Origin: Antedon mediterranea
Lineage: Eukaryota; Animalia; Echinodermata
Assembly (NCBI RefSeq): GCF_964355755.1
Contig: NC_092675.1
Location: forward strand, 9,977,812-10,041,811
Length of the DNA stretch: 64,000 bases
Direction of reading: 5' to 3'
Of this stretch, positions 15,201-30,200 are shown piece by piece; position 1 is the stretch's first letter; each line of letters starts with the position of its first letter. Below the pieces are notes generated by a model. The model was not told where the DNA came from, searched no databases, and saw nothing but the letters and a program-made list of their open reading frames with translations. A program made the position numbers and the translations under genes.

Positions 15201-18200
15201 TAATAAAGTGTCTGATTCAATGCATTCTGAAAACAAAATCATAAAGCAGAACAGATACCGATCCAGACAAAAGAAGAATAGAAAAAAGACAGAAAAGGAT
15301 AGTTCAATTGATAACTTCAGCAGAGTAAAATCCTTAAATAATCTTCATTCCAATGGGCCTGCTTTTGATTATAAGGATTATGTTGCAGAGTTAAGAGGTG
15401 CAGGATCTAGAGAATCTAAGCAAGAATACAATGACCTTATTAACTTTTTTGATTCCAAATGTTCAAAGTCACAAGTTAAACGCTCAAAATCATTGCCTAA
15501 CAATGATATGCTTCTACAAAATGAATCTTTTGAAGATGATACAGATGGTGCTTCAGCAGTAAGTCTTGCATCCAGAAAAGGTTCTGCCATTTATGAAAGA
15601 TCAAGTCAAATGAATATGCTAAAAGATAATTTTAAAAATGACACCAAAGATTTTAGGCATGTTAAGAGTGGACCTGAAGATCTTAGGAGGCCAATTGGAA
15701 AAATTTGGGATCGTGAGGATACTGTAAAGGATAAGGAACCAGCACCTTCAAGGCTCTGGCTTAAGGAACTCAATGACATTGAAAGGGAGCGAAGAGGAAA
15801 CCCACCAGAGAAAAAAAACATGCCTACCGCCACACATAGTTCTTCAGTGAGAGAAACCTTACCAAAATTAACAAATAGTAAACCAACTGTTGGTGATCAT
15901 TATCCAGATCCACTTAAGTTTGTTAGGACAGAACTAAGACCTCAACCGAAAATAAAACTTAAAAGGGATCCCACAATATCTGTTTTATCTGCAGTGCCAA
16001 AGAATGTGAACCTACTAGTGAAACCAAAAATAACAGCTGAAGTAGAATCAGATAATCCATTCAGAAATGAATTCTTATATGATGAAAGTGGTAAGGATAA
16101 GATAGCCACTGTGAAAGATGTTGATGCAATTATTGGTGGATATTTACAAAAGGATACCATATCAGATGCTACATCAGAAGCAGAATTGCTTCAAACACTG
16201 GCTGAAATTGAAGACACAGTAAAGGACATAAAAACCATAAATGCTAAACGTCCCTCACCAGAATTAGAGACATTATATGTGCCATCCAAAACAAGAGGCA
16301 ACACAGTAACCCTGGCATTAGATGACGGCAACCTCGAGATCCAGTTGCAGGAATCAGGTTTGTCTTCTGATAATGATAGTTTTTCATCTACCTTTTTACA
16401 ACAACATCAATCACACAAACGGGTTGATGAAGAACAAGTTAAAAGATCATCTGGGGAAACCTTAGAAAGCACACCTCAAATGTTTATTCCTTCTAGGGTT
16501 GTTGAAGTTAGTGATTGTGACAATATAAATCCTTTAGACAAATTACGAAATAACTATGTTATTGAAGTTACAATGGAGAAATCTAGTGTTGGGGATATAG
16601 ATAGTTATCGTAATGAAAGTTCATTTAGTCATGAAGAAACAAGCACTTCAGAGTTATATAGTAGTTTAGATCATTGCAGACCTATATACCAAACTGAGAG
16701 CATTCCAGTTAGAAATGGTCGTAAACCAAGATTTACGCAGAGAAATGGAGTTTCATCAGCGTTATCAAATAGATCCAATCCAACGCCTATCTCAGATTCT
16801 TACAATGGTTATGATAGAATTTCAGTAGATCCTAGATTAGGGGTTGGCGAATTAGACCATTGCTTTAATACTAATAAAGTGCATGACATGAAGTATTTAC
16901 CACAGCAAGAGGATTTTGTAAACATTCCTGGAGTTGAGGATATTGTACAGAGCTGGAATGAGAGAAATAGTCATGCTCTTAACGCATCTGCGCCAGCTTA
17001 TTCTGATAATCTTGATGAGCCTACAATGGCATCCAAATTTAGGTCAGAGAGTCAATTAAGTAGCAGTAGTAGTAATTATAGGGCAGAACCTCAAGTTTAC
17101 ATGCCAAAAATAAAGTCAGTTCCACCTGACTTCAAAAGAAAAAATAAAACTAAGATTAAAAATAAACGGAATCAAAAAGAAGCGAGCTACAACAGTGTCT
17201 GTGATAACAACTTGAAAGAACATCCGCATGGTTGGAATGGACGGTTCCAAGATGGTTTATCCTTGGATGGAATGTGTCATGATCAGGCTAGAAAAGATTC
17301 ATCAATACAAGGTTTTGAATTGTTGCTGGATTTTTTATTTATAATCAAATTAAGCATGTACATCTCTTCACTCATGTCATGTCTGCATGCACTTCAAGGG
17401 CTTTCATTTGACAAATATGGGTTCTGGACTTTCAGGTGTCAAACTTTTCATGTTTCCATTCATACTATCACCAATATATCTAGATTTTAGATTGCATGCA
17501 TCTTTATTACAACAATACATCAACAATTCAATACAATTAATTCTTTCATTGTAAATTGCAAACATAGAGTATATACTTTATTTATCAACATTTCTTCATC
17601 GTATAACAAATTTCACTTGTATTGCACAGAACATGTCAACATTCATTCATATTCTTTGTACATTATATATGCTTTTGTAAAACACCGATTAATAAAGTGT
17701 TGATGTACTAATGTGAAAAAGATGCATATAAAGTAAACTACCTCCTGACAATCAAATATTTTTTTAAAGAGAATGTCTGACTTTATCTGAAAATTTATGT
17801 CTGAAAATTATTCAAGTAGATTAAAGATTATCTTTTTAAAAGTAAATTGAAGGACAATTCAGCTTTAATTTTTACTTTAAGAAAGTAGATTGAATATATT
17901 TAAAGTAACAATCTATTATTGTATTGCCTGTGGTAGTCTTGCCGATCAATTTCAAAGGTTTTCAGTTTAGTCATTCCCGTCCACAGCCTGTAGACATTAT
18001 ATACATTAATTGCTGGAAAAAAAGTATATGTTTTTGGTAATATTAAGTTTACAGTACTAATATTGCCTGAGCATATACTTTGCATTTTTAAAACAGCTAA
18101 TTTAGCAATTGGCAATAATCGATAATACTTACTATGTAACTAACTTTTTTTCTTTTTTTTTTTTATTTTTTTCTGAAAAGAAAACCTCTGATTGTGTTAT

Positions 18201-21200
18201 CATTTCATAGTTTCACTTTAATAATCAATAAAATATTTTATAGTTACAAAATAATATTATCTATTTCATAAGTGAGATTAATGTAAATTTTTCTAGTACA
18301 TCATGGAACCATTTAAAAGATTATGTAACATCTGACTTGATTTGCCTATCTTAATTAACCTCTTAATTTGTGCCTACTTGTTCTTATTTCTATAACTGGA
18401 TTTGGTTGTGCCTATCCCAGATGTTTCAAAATGCTAAAATTTTGACTTTTTAACATCATAATTAATTTGTATCTTGAAATAATGTTGGAGTTCTTAAATA
18501 TAAAAATGTAATTATTCCTATACAGTCCTATACAACTATGGTATAGAAACCACTTTCAATTTCTTGATTGCTTCTGTATGCTATATTATGGCGTAATTCT
18601 TTTATGTTGTGTACTATGAGTATTGTTTTATGGATATAATATGTATGTGTGTTCGATGTCTTAACCTAAATAAACATTTATGTTGCCTTTAAGCCACACA
18701 TAACTATTGCAATTTAAATTCCATGATGCGTATTTGAAATATGCGTGGCTGGATCATGTGACACTGCATATTTTATGTTTTATAATGTATACACAAAAAA
18801 CGCAATCTTATTTTTTCGATTTATGTGCCGGGCTGGCGAGGATGACATAATAAAATGTCAAAATATCTAATCCTAAAATATACTGGCATGTATATCATTC
18901 TTAACATTTAAGAATTGTGTAACATGGTTAATGTCATTTCTACTAACTTCATATTCTGTTACAGTTGTTTGTTCCAAGTTTCGTCTTCTGTCAGTGACTG
19001 ATCTGTTTTTATATCTCAACTATCTTATTTTCAGCTGCCATACAGTATTTTAGGAAATTATTAGATTTAGGATCAACTTTACAGTATATCATTTAGATTT
19101 CAATTTAATATTATTATACTTTACATTTCAACTCAACTATTAATGGTTTGCATATTTTCTTTAATGAATTTTATCCAAGTATAATTATTTGCATAATATG
19201 CAAATGACTAATTTACATACTGGTGCATGTCAGAAGTGTCTAACCACATCCTTCTCTCTTACAACTTTGCGTGAACAGATATGCAACAACCCATAAAGTC
19301 GAACATCGCTAACGTTCAGGATCTTTCTAAAAATGTCAGTAAAAATCAATTCAACGGTAAAGATCCAGACAGAAACTTGTCTGTTGCTGTGCCACCTCCA
19401 GCGAAGCTACCCAAACCACGTTCAGTATCTAGCAGCAGTGGCGGTGGGATGTCTGCAGCTGAGCAACTTAATGTGATGTCAGCACCGCCACAAAGGCAAC
19501 CACAAGGTTCTATTCCAGATTCTTTTTTCCCTGTGTTTTAACTCAATATTTGGTTGTTTGCTGTTTGTTTTAATGGTCTATGTTAACTAATATTTTAATT
19601 TTGGAAAATGCTTTATTCATTTCTAATATTAATGTCTTTATTTCCCATTTCTATTAATTTAACTGACAGTCTTTGTTACTGTTTGGTGGAAATACCTACC
19701 TTGTCATATGTATGTTTTTATGCTGCTAATAAGTTTCTATGCGTCATTAACTCAAATATTTATGTTGTGTATTAATATTATAGTTAAATGTAAAAGTGAA
19801 ATTATTTACCAAATTCACATTATTATTTATTTACAGTGGTAAAAAAGAAAACAGTCAACATTATTTGTTCTGGAATATATATATTTGTCTTGTAATTTGT
19901 GCTTTATATTATATTTGCTCTAAATACGCTTATAGGTAACATATATTTTGTTTGGTTTTATAATACTCTTCTATCACATTCACATCTTTGATGTAATGGT
20001 TGACTAATATAATTATTATTCCAAAGAAAGATTACTGAAAAATGACATTGCTGTGGGTAACCAAGGCTGAATCTCAATGGAGTACAATCAGGTTCACTTT
20101 CTCCAAATATTATATAATAAATGACATACAATAACAAAAATGCATTAAAATCTATAATAGTAAATGTATATCTTTATAGATACTTTTTAGGTAAATGGTA
20201 TTCAATTTCCAGGTAGAACTAATGGTAATAAACAATAAGGCCCTGTTTCTGCTGCCAAGAAAATACCGTATTTTATACAGTATTTTTAGAATACCGTATA
20301 TATACCATATTTTTTTGGCAGCAGAAACTGCGCTCATAAAAAAAATACCGTATTTTGTATACCGTATTTTCCCCACAAAATTTGTGGATAAAATACGGCA
20401 TTTACAAATTTATACCGTATTTTTTGTACCCTTTTCTGCTGCCAATAAAAAATACCGTATTTTTTTTTACCTGCGACATGAGGTCAACATCGTGTTTTTA
20501 TTTGCTGTCGCTGTCAGCTGTTTTACACACGTGTATAGATATATTCGGCGAAAATGTGGAGCGAAGACGTCACAGTATTTACTATTTAAATCTGTGTGGG
20601 GAAGCAGCGGTGGGGAAGGAGGGGGTTGAGAAGGAGGGGGTGGGGAAGCTAAAATTTCCGGCAAACTAAAAGGTAATAAAAGGGACAACCACATTTATAA
20701 AGACATTTCTAAAAAAGTAAAACAGGAGTACGGAATAGACTTGTCTCCAAAGCAAGTAAACTCAAAGCTGAAGAGCCTGGGAAAGCAGTCCAACATTGCA
20801 AAAGACAATAACTCGGGGAGGCAACGAATTACTTGTCCCCATTACGATGTTTTCTGTGCTCTCACAACCTCTCTATCACTAGGGCTTTGAACTTAAACTT
20901 CCTTTTTTACGACTTTTAATTATCGACCAAATAAATGATTGGCAATTTGGGTAAAAAGGATGAAATTTTACACGATCACCCAAGAAGTATTGTTAGCAGA
21001 AACGGGGTACTAAAAAATACGGTATAAAAAAATACCGTATTTTTATACCATATTTTGAGCAGTTGCAGCAGAAACAGGCCCTAAGAGGTTCACTTTTTCT
21101 AAATATTATATATATATTCTAAAACTTAATAATAAAGAAGATATCTACAAAAATAAGAATTTTATGCAGTATACTGTTATGTATATGTTCTTTCCACTCC

Positions 21201-24200
21201 CAAATAACATTTTAAAAGAGACTAGATTTGGTTGATGAGCTGTGAACTCTGACCTATATATTAATAGTCTTCACACTGGATATTTTCACTACATTCCAAT
21301 CACAATATTATTTAAGTCTGTTAAGTTGTTTTTATAGCATCTTTTGAGCTAGGTGATATAGTTCCTTAATTACTTATTGTAGGTGTTGATAAAATATACT
21401 TGTACGTATGTAGGCGGTGTTTTTTCTTTTTCTTATTTAGTTGGAAAACGGTTTACAGAGAAAAAAATAGATAGAGGAATACAAACGCATGTTGTTATTG
21501 ATAGATAGATTTAAGTAAAATCTAAAATCTACTAGTAGTTTATGTAGGGTGTGGGAGGGAATTAATAAGTGGGAAAATGGTTTCCTGAGGGGGAAAATAG
21601 AGCGTTGTTTCTTCTTGTTGAATTATAAGATATGTTGTTTGATTCTGAGAATTTAGTTCCCACACATGCTATTATTTGAATAGATTTCCTATGTGGCACC
21701 AACTCAATCTCAATTCCAATTTCCTCGTACTACTCTCCCATCAGTAAAAAATGTTCTTTTCTATTATTCACCATGACGTAAGTTGGGAAATTTACCTGAT
21801 TAAAAAATAATTTTAAAGTCTTTCTTTGAGCAATCTTTGATGTCGGGCAAGATCTCTAATGAAGCAAAATTCAATGTTAATTATGTAATGCATCCAAGTT
21901 AATGAATAATTTCTATGGTAACTGATCATTATTTATGATTTTCAGTTTACGTAATTGCATCTTGCTGAAGGAAATGTGGTAAAAAACCGCTATAATTTAG
22001 AAAAATAATTTTCTACTATAGAATATTATATTCATTGTTTTTACTTTATGTCAACTGATCATCTGCATCGTGGAGTTAAGTAAAATATACTTCTATTCTA
22101 TCTATGTCTTTAGGGATAAAGAATAGCCTACAGTAATTGAAGATATAATTTTTTACTCACCTGTCTGCATACTTTACATTATCAATCTACAATTTCTTGC
22201 TATGAGACATACATTATACTGTTTATATAATACCTAAATAATACCTGTCATTTGATTTGACGATTGTGGGTCACATGGCGTGCAATAGTACGCACTATTA
22301 AATGATCGTTTATTAGTACTTTTTTTCGTGTAAGATAAAAACAGCGCAAATGTAATTGTTATGACTGGTTTTGCAATTGAAGTACATATTTGGAAAGATG
22401 TATATGTTAAATTTAGATCAAAAAGCCATTTAAATTGGCTTTTGATCGTTTTTAGGATTTTGATTAATTAATGGGAACATCTCTACAAGACGTGGAATCG
22501 TTGCAATAAACTAATTAGCCTAGATGATTTCCAGTTGCCTGTTGAAGTTTTGTATTGCTGCCTTTCAACCTAGCTAGCCCTGTTAGTATTAGGCTAGGCA
22601 TTTTAGCCTTGCTAGGCCTAGGATTGTTTGGTTGTTTTCATAATTACCACTACAGTAGGTACGTTTATAAAATCCATATCAATAATAATATTTAATATAA
22701 TTATTAAAAACCAAATGTTACTGTTTTAATCATTGTGAATCAAATGTCTTGGCTTGGCCTACTTTTTATTTGATTCAAATGAGAGGAATCTATTTAGATG
22801 TTTATAAAACAAATAATGAATGTTTTATATTCGTGTAATGATACAAATAATGGCAATTGGTGAATGATGAAATGTTAAATATCAACTCTGCTTTACCTCG
22901 TTAAAATTTAACCTTTCATCATTCACCTCATGACATTATTTGTATTATTACACTCATAAACATTCATTATTTGTATAAAATTTGACTAATATATATCGGA
23001 AAACACCCCTATTTGGGGCAAATTCATTATAATCATCAATAAATAATTATCTAACTCAACTTAATTTTAAAACAGGGTTACATTAGGTGTTTAAAATCAG
23101 TGCCAAACATATGAACCAACTTTATATACCATCGAGTAAAAATTCTAGAAGTAATGTGCTAAATTTTGCCCTTACGTAAATTTATATATAGATACAATAA
23201 TTTGTAGGCATGAGTTTTAAAAGAGTTAGGGTTAGCCTTTAGGGTAACCTTTATCAATGAAATTTAAGACAATATAAATGAACAGAATGTCTGACCAATA
23301 TTGAGTTATTGAAAATCTTTGATCAAGTTTCATTAATTTAATGCATTCACTCCATATATTACTCCTGTAATCTGATTACAATGTATTGTATATAGAAAAT
23401 TAATTAAATTTCAAGTCTATAAAGAGTTTAGGCTTCTGAAATACCTTCTAGGTTAGGGTCATGAAAACAAGGACATTATTAATTTATAGAATGAGTTTAA
23501 TTGGATAGATGGAGGAATTCATATCGGTTTAATCATTTACCGGGCCTCCTCATCTTGATATCATCTTTATGGGTTGTCTCACTCTTCCTTATCGGTTGAC
23601 TAATTCTCCCTTTGGAATGCGAGATTAGAAAACGTAGGCCCTATAGCGTGCAGCACCAAATAGGCTATAGCATTCAGCTGTTGGATACTGATCATTCACA
23701 TCATAGGTATTTTGCTTGTAGGAGGTTCAACTCGGGTTAGCAAAGCAAAGAAGTGTTAAATTAAAATGCGACACAGATAGTGATTACAACTATAAAGAAG
23801 TTTCAATTACCGTACCGTACGATAGGAATAGTTTTCTGAATAAAAATGAGTTCATAAGATCTACTGCAAAATTCTAAAACTGAAACAAGATCTACTGTGT
23901 ATGTTGTATACTTAGTATCGCCTAAAATTATAGGTGTATTACGTTCTTACAAACTGAACAGGAGAATTTATTGCTATATCTGATCCTGTTACAAATTTTA
24001 AGTACATAAAAGTGATACTTTTATTTACTTTTACAAGAAAATTACATTATTACAGTATATTTCTACTGAAATCTTTTTTTTTTAATATCGAAGGATTCTG
24101 CAGACTAGAATGTGCTACAAGATTTGATGTAGTGTGTTTATTGACATTGATTGCTGACGTCTTCGAAATACAATTTGAACTAAATTGATTATTTTGCTGA

Positions 24201-27200
24201 AGATTGTTCTACATTTTGCTATCATTGACGTTTGTGCAGTAGATGGGTTATTATATTCTTAATTGATTTAAACACATAAAATTACAAAATTCAGTTTTAT
24301 TGGTACATTTTTGGTCAATTTAATAAAGTTTGAACTCATATTTGAAGTCTTAAGTTGTGTTGTTTATTTATGAAGCATTAGAATCGTTCACTTTGTTAAG
24401 TCCAAGTGGCTATTGGATTGCCTATCATGTGATGAAACTGGATCGTGCTTTGTGGATTACTAACTATTGTGACATCATTTAATGTATTCTTATTCTACGA
24501 ATCTTGGTATTCGTTTCACACCCACATACTGAAGAATACCAGAATAAATTGAGTTCAGAGCTGTACAATTATTTCAGGTATATATATTTCTTGTGCACAT
24601 ATGTGATCTATACATTGGACAGGTTGTAGTATTTTTTTGCTGTTTCCAAAGTTAAATTTTTACAATACTCTGAACATTCAGTTTGTTTTTTTTGTTCCAT
24701 TTGAAAAAAAAATGCGTGTTGGTTGGTGTTGGTGTTTTTATTTTGAAAACTTGACATATGTCTTTGTGTGAATATCCATTATTTTTGTTATACACTGTAT
24801 CACCAATGCGACTATGTTATATTTAATGAATTCTTTATATACACGCACCTACTGTATTGTATTGTATTGAGGTTTTTTCATTACGTCATTCAGTTTCAAT
24901 TGAACATTTAACTGGTAGTTTTCATTGGCTGATGATTCAACGGATGTGGCTATTGATTGGTTAGCTTATATTATCCCTCAGGCAGCTGTCTATGCATTGC
25001 TATATTATGTCAACAATCAAGACTAAATTCAGACTATATTAACGAAGGTTTTGGCAATAGTAAGACATCTAAGGAATATTTACCATCTTTGAATCTGTAA
25101 CTTCTATGCTGTGTTTTCAGAAATCGTAAATGTGAAAGAAGAAGAAGTTGACTTTTATCAAGTACATTTATTAGTAGATTGTTGATTCTTTTTGCTGTTT
25201 TACTTATTCTATATTAAATAATCATGATTTTTCTACCGTTAAACAAAAAGATGGTTGAGAACCTTACGAAGAAGAGTAAAAATAAAGGACCAAAGTTAAG
25301 TGATAAGAGGCACATGAAATCAAAAACGGATTCTTCCATTATAATAAAAGGAAAGATCAGCCACTTGCGAGCGAATGATGAGATGACGCAAGCTTTAGGG
25401 CATTCAATGAGTGATACCGACTTACACCGTGCACGGTTACACGCTCATTTTTATACCGCTGCTTCACAGCGTGGTATTAAGAAGCCAGCACCTTTGCAAA
25501 AAGGTTGCTTACTCGTTCCCAGACCTAGGTGTCTCATCCATTCAAATTCACATTCTGATGTGCTACAGCTTAAAAAATTAGCTGATGCGCTCCCGGACGT
25601 TTCATCGAAAACCCGCATTTCAACTACTTCAGAGAATGAAAAAGATTCGAGTGCTGAACCAAAAACTGTTAAGAAACCATTAACTTTACGAGAGAAGTTT
25701 AATGCAAGAAAGTCACGGACTGTTGTTGGAAAGAACTAAGAATTGCAAAAGAAATATTTGACATTGTTTGAGTACATTTTAACAGTACAACAGTGCAGTC
25801 AATTATTGACATTTGTTATATCATATTTGTAATGTCTTTATGATGGTACAGCTTTTACAAGCTAGTTTTATATGTCCATCTATAGGATAGTGAAAGATCT
25901 CCAGCATTGGATTGTTGCAGTGCAACTTTCTAGCATTGGATATCATGTTTGTGAGTTTGTATTTGTTTTCTCTCCCAGTGTTCCGTATTTAAATACACAA
26001 GAATAGTAGTAGGAAGAAATTAATCTAATTTCCATGCAGAAATGTGGATAAAATAATTATGTCAAGAGATATAGAAAAATATTTATGTTCTTACTTCATA
26101 TATACACCATAGGGTAATATCGGTTTGTTTGTTATTTTTTGTGTATTAATGTGCAACTTTTGATTATTACGCAAGACATTTTGTAAAAATATTCTGTTTA
26201 ACACTAATACAATAGTAAATCTATTTGAAGGGCGTAGTACTAGAATATAAGAAAGTGGTGATGGTTATATCTGTTGGAAATTATTTAAATTTATCAACCA
26301 TAGAAGTACCGTATACTAAATTCTATATATTTATATAAAGAATCAACATTATTTTGATATATTTATTTTTTTTGACTGGTGATACATTTATAGTCAATTT
26401 TATTTTATTATCCTATGACATTTTCAAGCTGTGCTTGAAATATTGAGAGTAACAACCGATATATATATATATATTTTTTTGGTTATTATAACTATTTCTA
26501 TCTATTGTATAATGTAAGTTAAATCAAACTATTTATTATAAAATTCAAATTTATTCTTTAGAGAAACTATTAATGTTGATACTTTATAATGAATAAAGTT
26601 GAGGATATAAGTTAATATATTCTGTGTAGGTGTCCTTAAAATCAATATAGTAAGAGCGTGTAAGATATTCTAGAATTAACATATATTAATTCATAATAAC
26701 GTCACATAGCCTGAGGTACCATACCTTTTGAAGGTGTTATGCAAGAAATGTTAAAGCCAATATTCATAACTTAACATTAACTGGAGGGTAGGCTCAAATT
26801 GAGGAATCAATTTATCATTTGAATTCAAATATATTGTGTACACTTTAGAAGCACAAACAATTGTTTTTGTGCCAGGCTAGATACTGTTGGGAAATCACTG
26901 TAATCCTCTCCAACAGCATCAAAATAACATTTCCTTTTTTCACAGAACAAAGAATAACAAACCTTTTAAAACAAATACAGTATATAAGAGTCAAATTAAT
27001 AATAGATAATTACTATTGGAAATACTTTCTATAAATAAATAATACTACTAAAGCTACACATAATGCAGTTCAGAAACAACGAAACCTCTTTCTAGTAGGC
27101 ATTGACAGTTCTTATCTTGTAATTGGTAAAGTAACTTTCTGTTTAGGTTTGTTGGAATAAATTAGTATTTCTCTACACAAACTTAAAGGAATAGATTAAA

Positions 27201-30200
27201 GCTCTGTCTACACTACCAAACTTTATGTGACAAAAAAATATGATGTGTCCATAATATATAGACATGAGGATGTCATACCACTACCATATTTGGGAATACC
27301 ACTACCATATTTGAGCACATCACACTTTTTTTAACTAGTTTGATAGTGTAGATAGAGCTTAACAAATCTAGTGGATGCGTCAGTGGTTTTTTCATAACAT
27401 GTAGAATATGAATCATAGTACAAGATAACGTGTAAGTCTAATGCTATTTTGTAATACTTGGTTATATGTATTCTTTAGCTATATGTATCTATATAGTGAT
27501 TACTGTTTAACTTGCTCAAAGTCAGTAACAAAAAGTATGGTGATTTCTTAGACCAGTTCCATTTTTAACTGCAATCTAAGATGAACAATTACGATGAAAA
27601 CTTTGTAATTCATATCTTTATATAATATCATTCATATTACTAATATTTTATATTCTATATTTAGGGCTGGCTCCTATAATATTATATGCACAGTTTTTAA
27701 TTACATTTTTAATATTGTACCACTAAGTGGTGATTTTGTTACCGATGGTTGAACTGACTATGTTACTTGAAATTTATCAAATTTAAGAGTGGTTTTTACA
27801 CAGTAGGTTGTATCCAACAACACTGTATACAAAGGTAATTAATATGTATTATAATAAGCATATTATGTTGGAAGCATTTTGTGTAAACAATTTCATCTTG
27901 TTTCAATAATGTAGACTAAAGGTAAATTTCATAGTGTAAAATTTTACAGCTAGACTTCATAAGTTGATATGTCGTTAGGTTACAAATAGAGTCCTCTGGA
28001 GCCACACATGGTTTTGCAGCATAGTCTTGAAGGGATGAAGGTGTGCCCCAACTCTCTCATATGTCCTTAGAGACCATGCTGAATTTGTAGTACAGTATTT
28101 GTCATCTTGATAGGCAGACAAACTGAAAATCATTCTCACAAATTAAGTACATTCCCTGCCTGTCTACAAATTTCCAGATTCATCCTCTATGGATGTTGAT
28201 AAAACTGAGTGTTGTAATGATTTCTATAAAGAATGCTGATCATTTGCCTGGAGTGGCATTGGTTTTAACATAACACTATATGATGTAGAGTGTTCAAACA
28301 AAATTACACTTAACCGCATTCTAATTGGTTATTGTTTATAACCACTCATTCTTCTATATGTACCAATTTTACTTGATTCTGCAATTATATACAGCAAAAT
28401 ACATTTAAAATTATTATACAAGTACGCATTTTTGTGTGCCATGATATAATATAGCACAAAATAAATTTAGTAACAAGTAACAGTATACTATAGTTGTTTT
28501 TGTATTTGTCAATTATCTTCTAAGTTCTGATTAATTCAATTCTAGAAAATATTAGTGAGCTTTTGTATCAGAATGGTAGATGAAAGGGGACGGTAAATGA
28601 ACGGATATGGTAATTTATACAATGCGCAATGCATGCTTATATAAGCCCAGTATACTGCCCTATTTTGAGATTTTTTTTCAAAATTGAGAATTTTGTCTTA
28701 TTTGACTCTTGGGGTATATTTTATCATTGAATTGACCATTTATCCTAAAATATGTCTATAAATATGAAATTTATAATAATTATTATTATTATTGGGGGTA
28801 TCTACAAACACTTTTGAATATTTTGACAAACGGCCTCAATTACAGCAAATGACCAAACAGTATGATGAATATATAATGAGACAGATCAATGCTCTTAGGA
28901 GAATAGCCTTTTCATATATTTTGTAAATTTTTTACAAATTACCTGATCTAAATTACATTTATAATTATTTCAACTAAATGTTTTGGTAAATTTTTATCCA
29001 AAATCAAACAAAATAACTGCAAAGGTGCCCAGTTTTCGAAGTATTTCCTGCCATTTTTAAGTACAAATAATTTGTAAAAAGGCTTTATCTGCAATTTGAC
29101 CCCCAAAATAAAAAATTATGTCAGATATTTTTCAATAATGTGCTTTTGAAATATATTCATTGGAAAATAAAATACTACATGAACTTTTGTAAACAAAAGT
29201 AGCTTTTTGTACATAAGCCCTTTTCTTAAAGTATGGCAGTCATATAGTGTACTACGTTTTGTTCATTATCGTGACTGTTTTGGTTGATTTTACGTACGGT
29301 TCAATAGACGAAGCAGAGTTTATGGCTCATTTTAAAACTTTTTACAAATTAAAAATGGCCGATCAGTACGAAAAGGATGCATGATGAGATTTTTTTTTTT
29401 TTTAATAAAAACACTTTTTATGTATATTTTAGTACGCGTAGGCTGTGATTCTTCTGGGTTTATATTTTATAACAAGCATCCTCGAAAGTTCCTTTTAAGG
29501 TTTTGATTATTTGTACTTTCAGTCAACCTTTTGAACTTCGCTAACTAATACCTAGCCTGGCTAACCCAAAATTCTCAAATAAACCCACCAAGCCCATGTG
29601 TACAGGCCAGTGGACTATGTCTAGGAGAAGGAGGCTGACGCTTCTGTCTCAAATTGATCATCACGAAACATTAGAGTGATACCAATTAATGGTTATTTCT
29701 ACATTCTTTTACAATGGGATCCAAGAAATAATGTTTTTTTATTTCTAAATAATTAACTGTATTGTATTTTTGTTATCATGATAAATAAATAGGAATAATA
29801 GTATTGGCTGGATTTTCTGGATTTATACTTCTATGATACTGTAATTACCATGACTATTTGGAAAGTGGCTTACCTGTAAAGAACTCAATTCTTTGAATAC
29901 TCAATAAATGTGTTTTATGTGTGTGGTGTCATTGGCCACAATAGTGAAATTTGAACTTGAATATCATCGTACATGTCCTAGTTTCATTCTTGTTTCTACT
30001 GGTCATCATTGATTATAGCATTTTTAACATCATACTGTTGCTTTTGTAATGTGTTTTTGTTTTATCTCCCTTTGTTGTCTAATGAATATTTCCTATTGTC
30101 TATTCTCCTTAAATTTAGACACTCATAATCATCTTTATAAAACATCTGCTCTCTGATAATAGTTTACAAATAAAATATGTTTATACAGCCAGTCAACAGC

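Noticed and set aside
14525-16160. Antisense ORFs over the giant exon (likewise 60058-61729 over the SYNPO-like exons)
   Set aside because: Shadow ORFs of genuine coding exons
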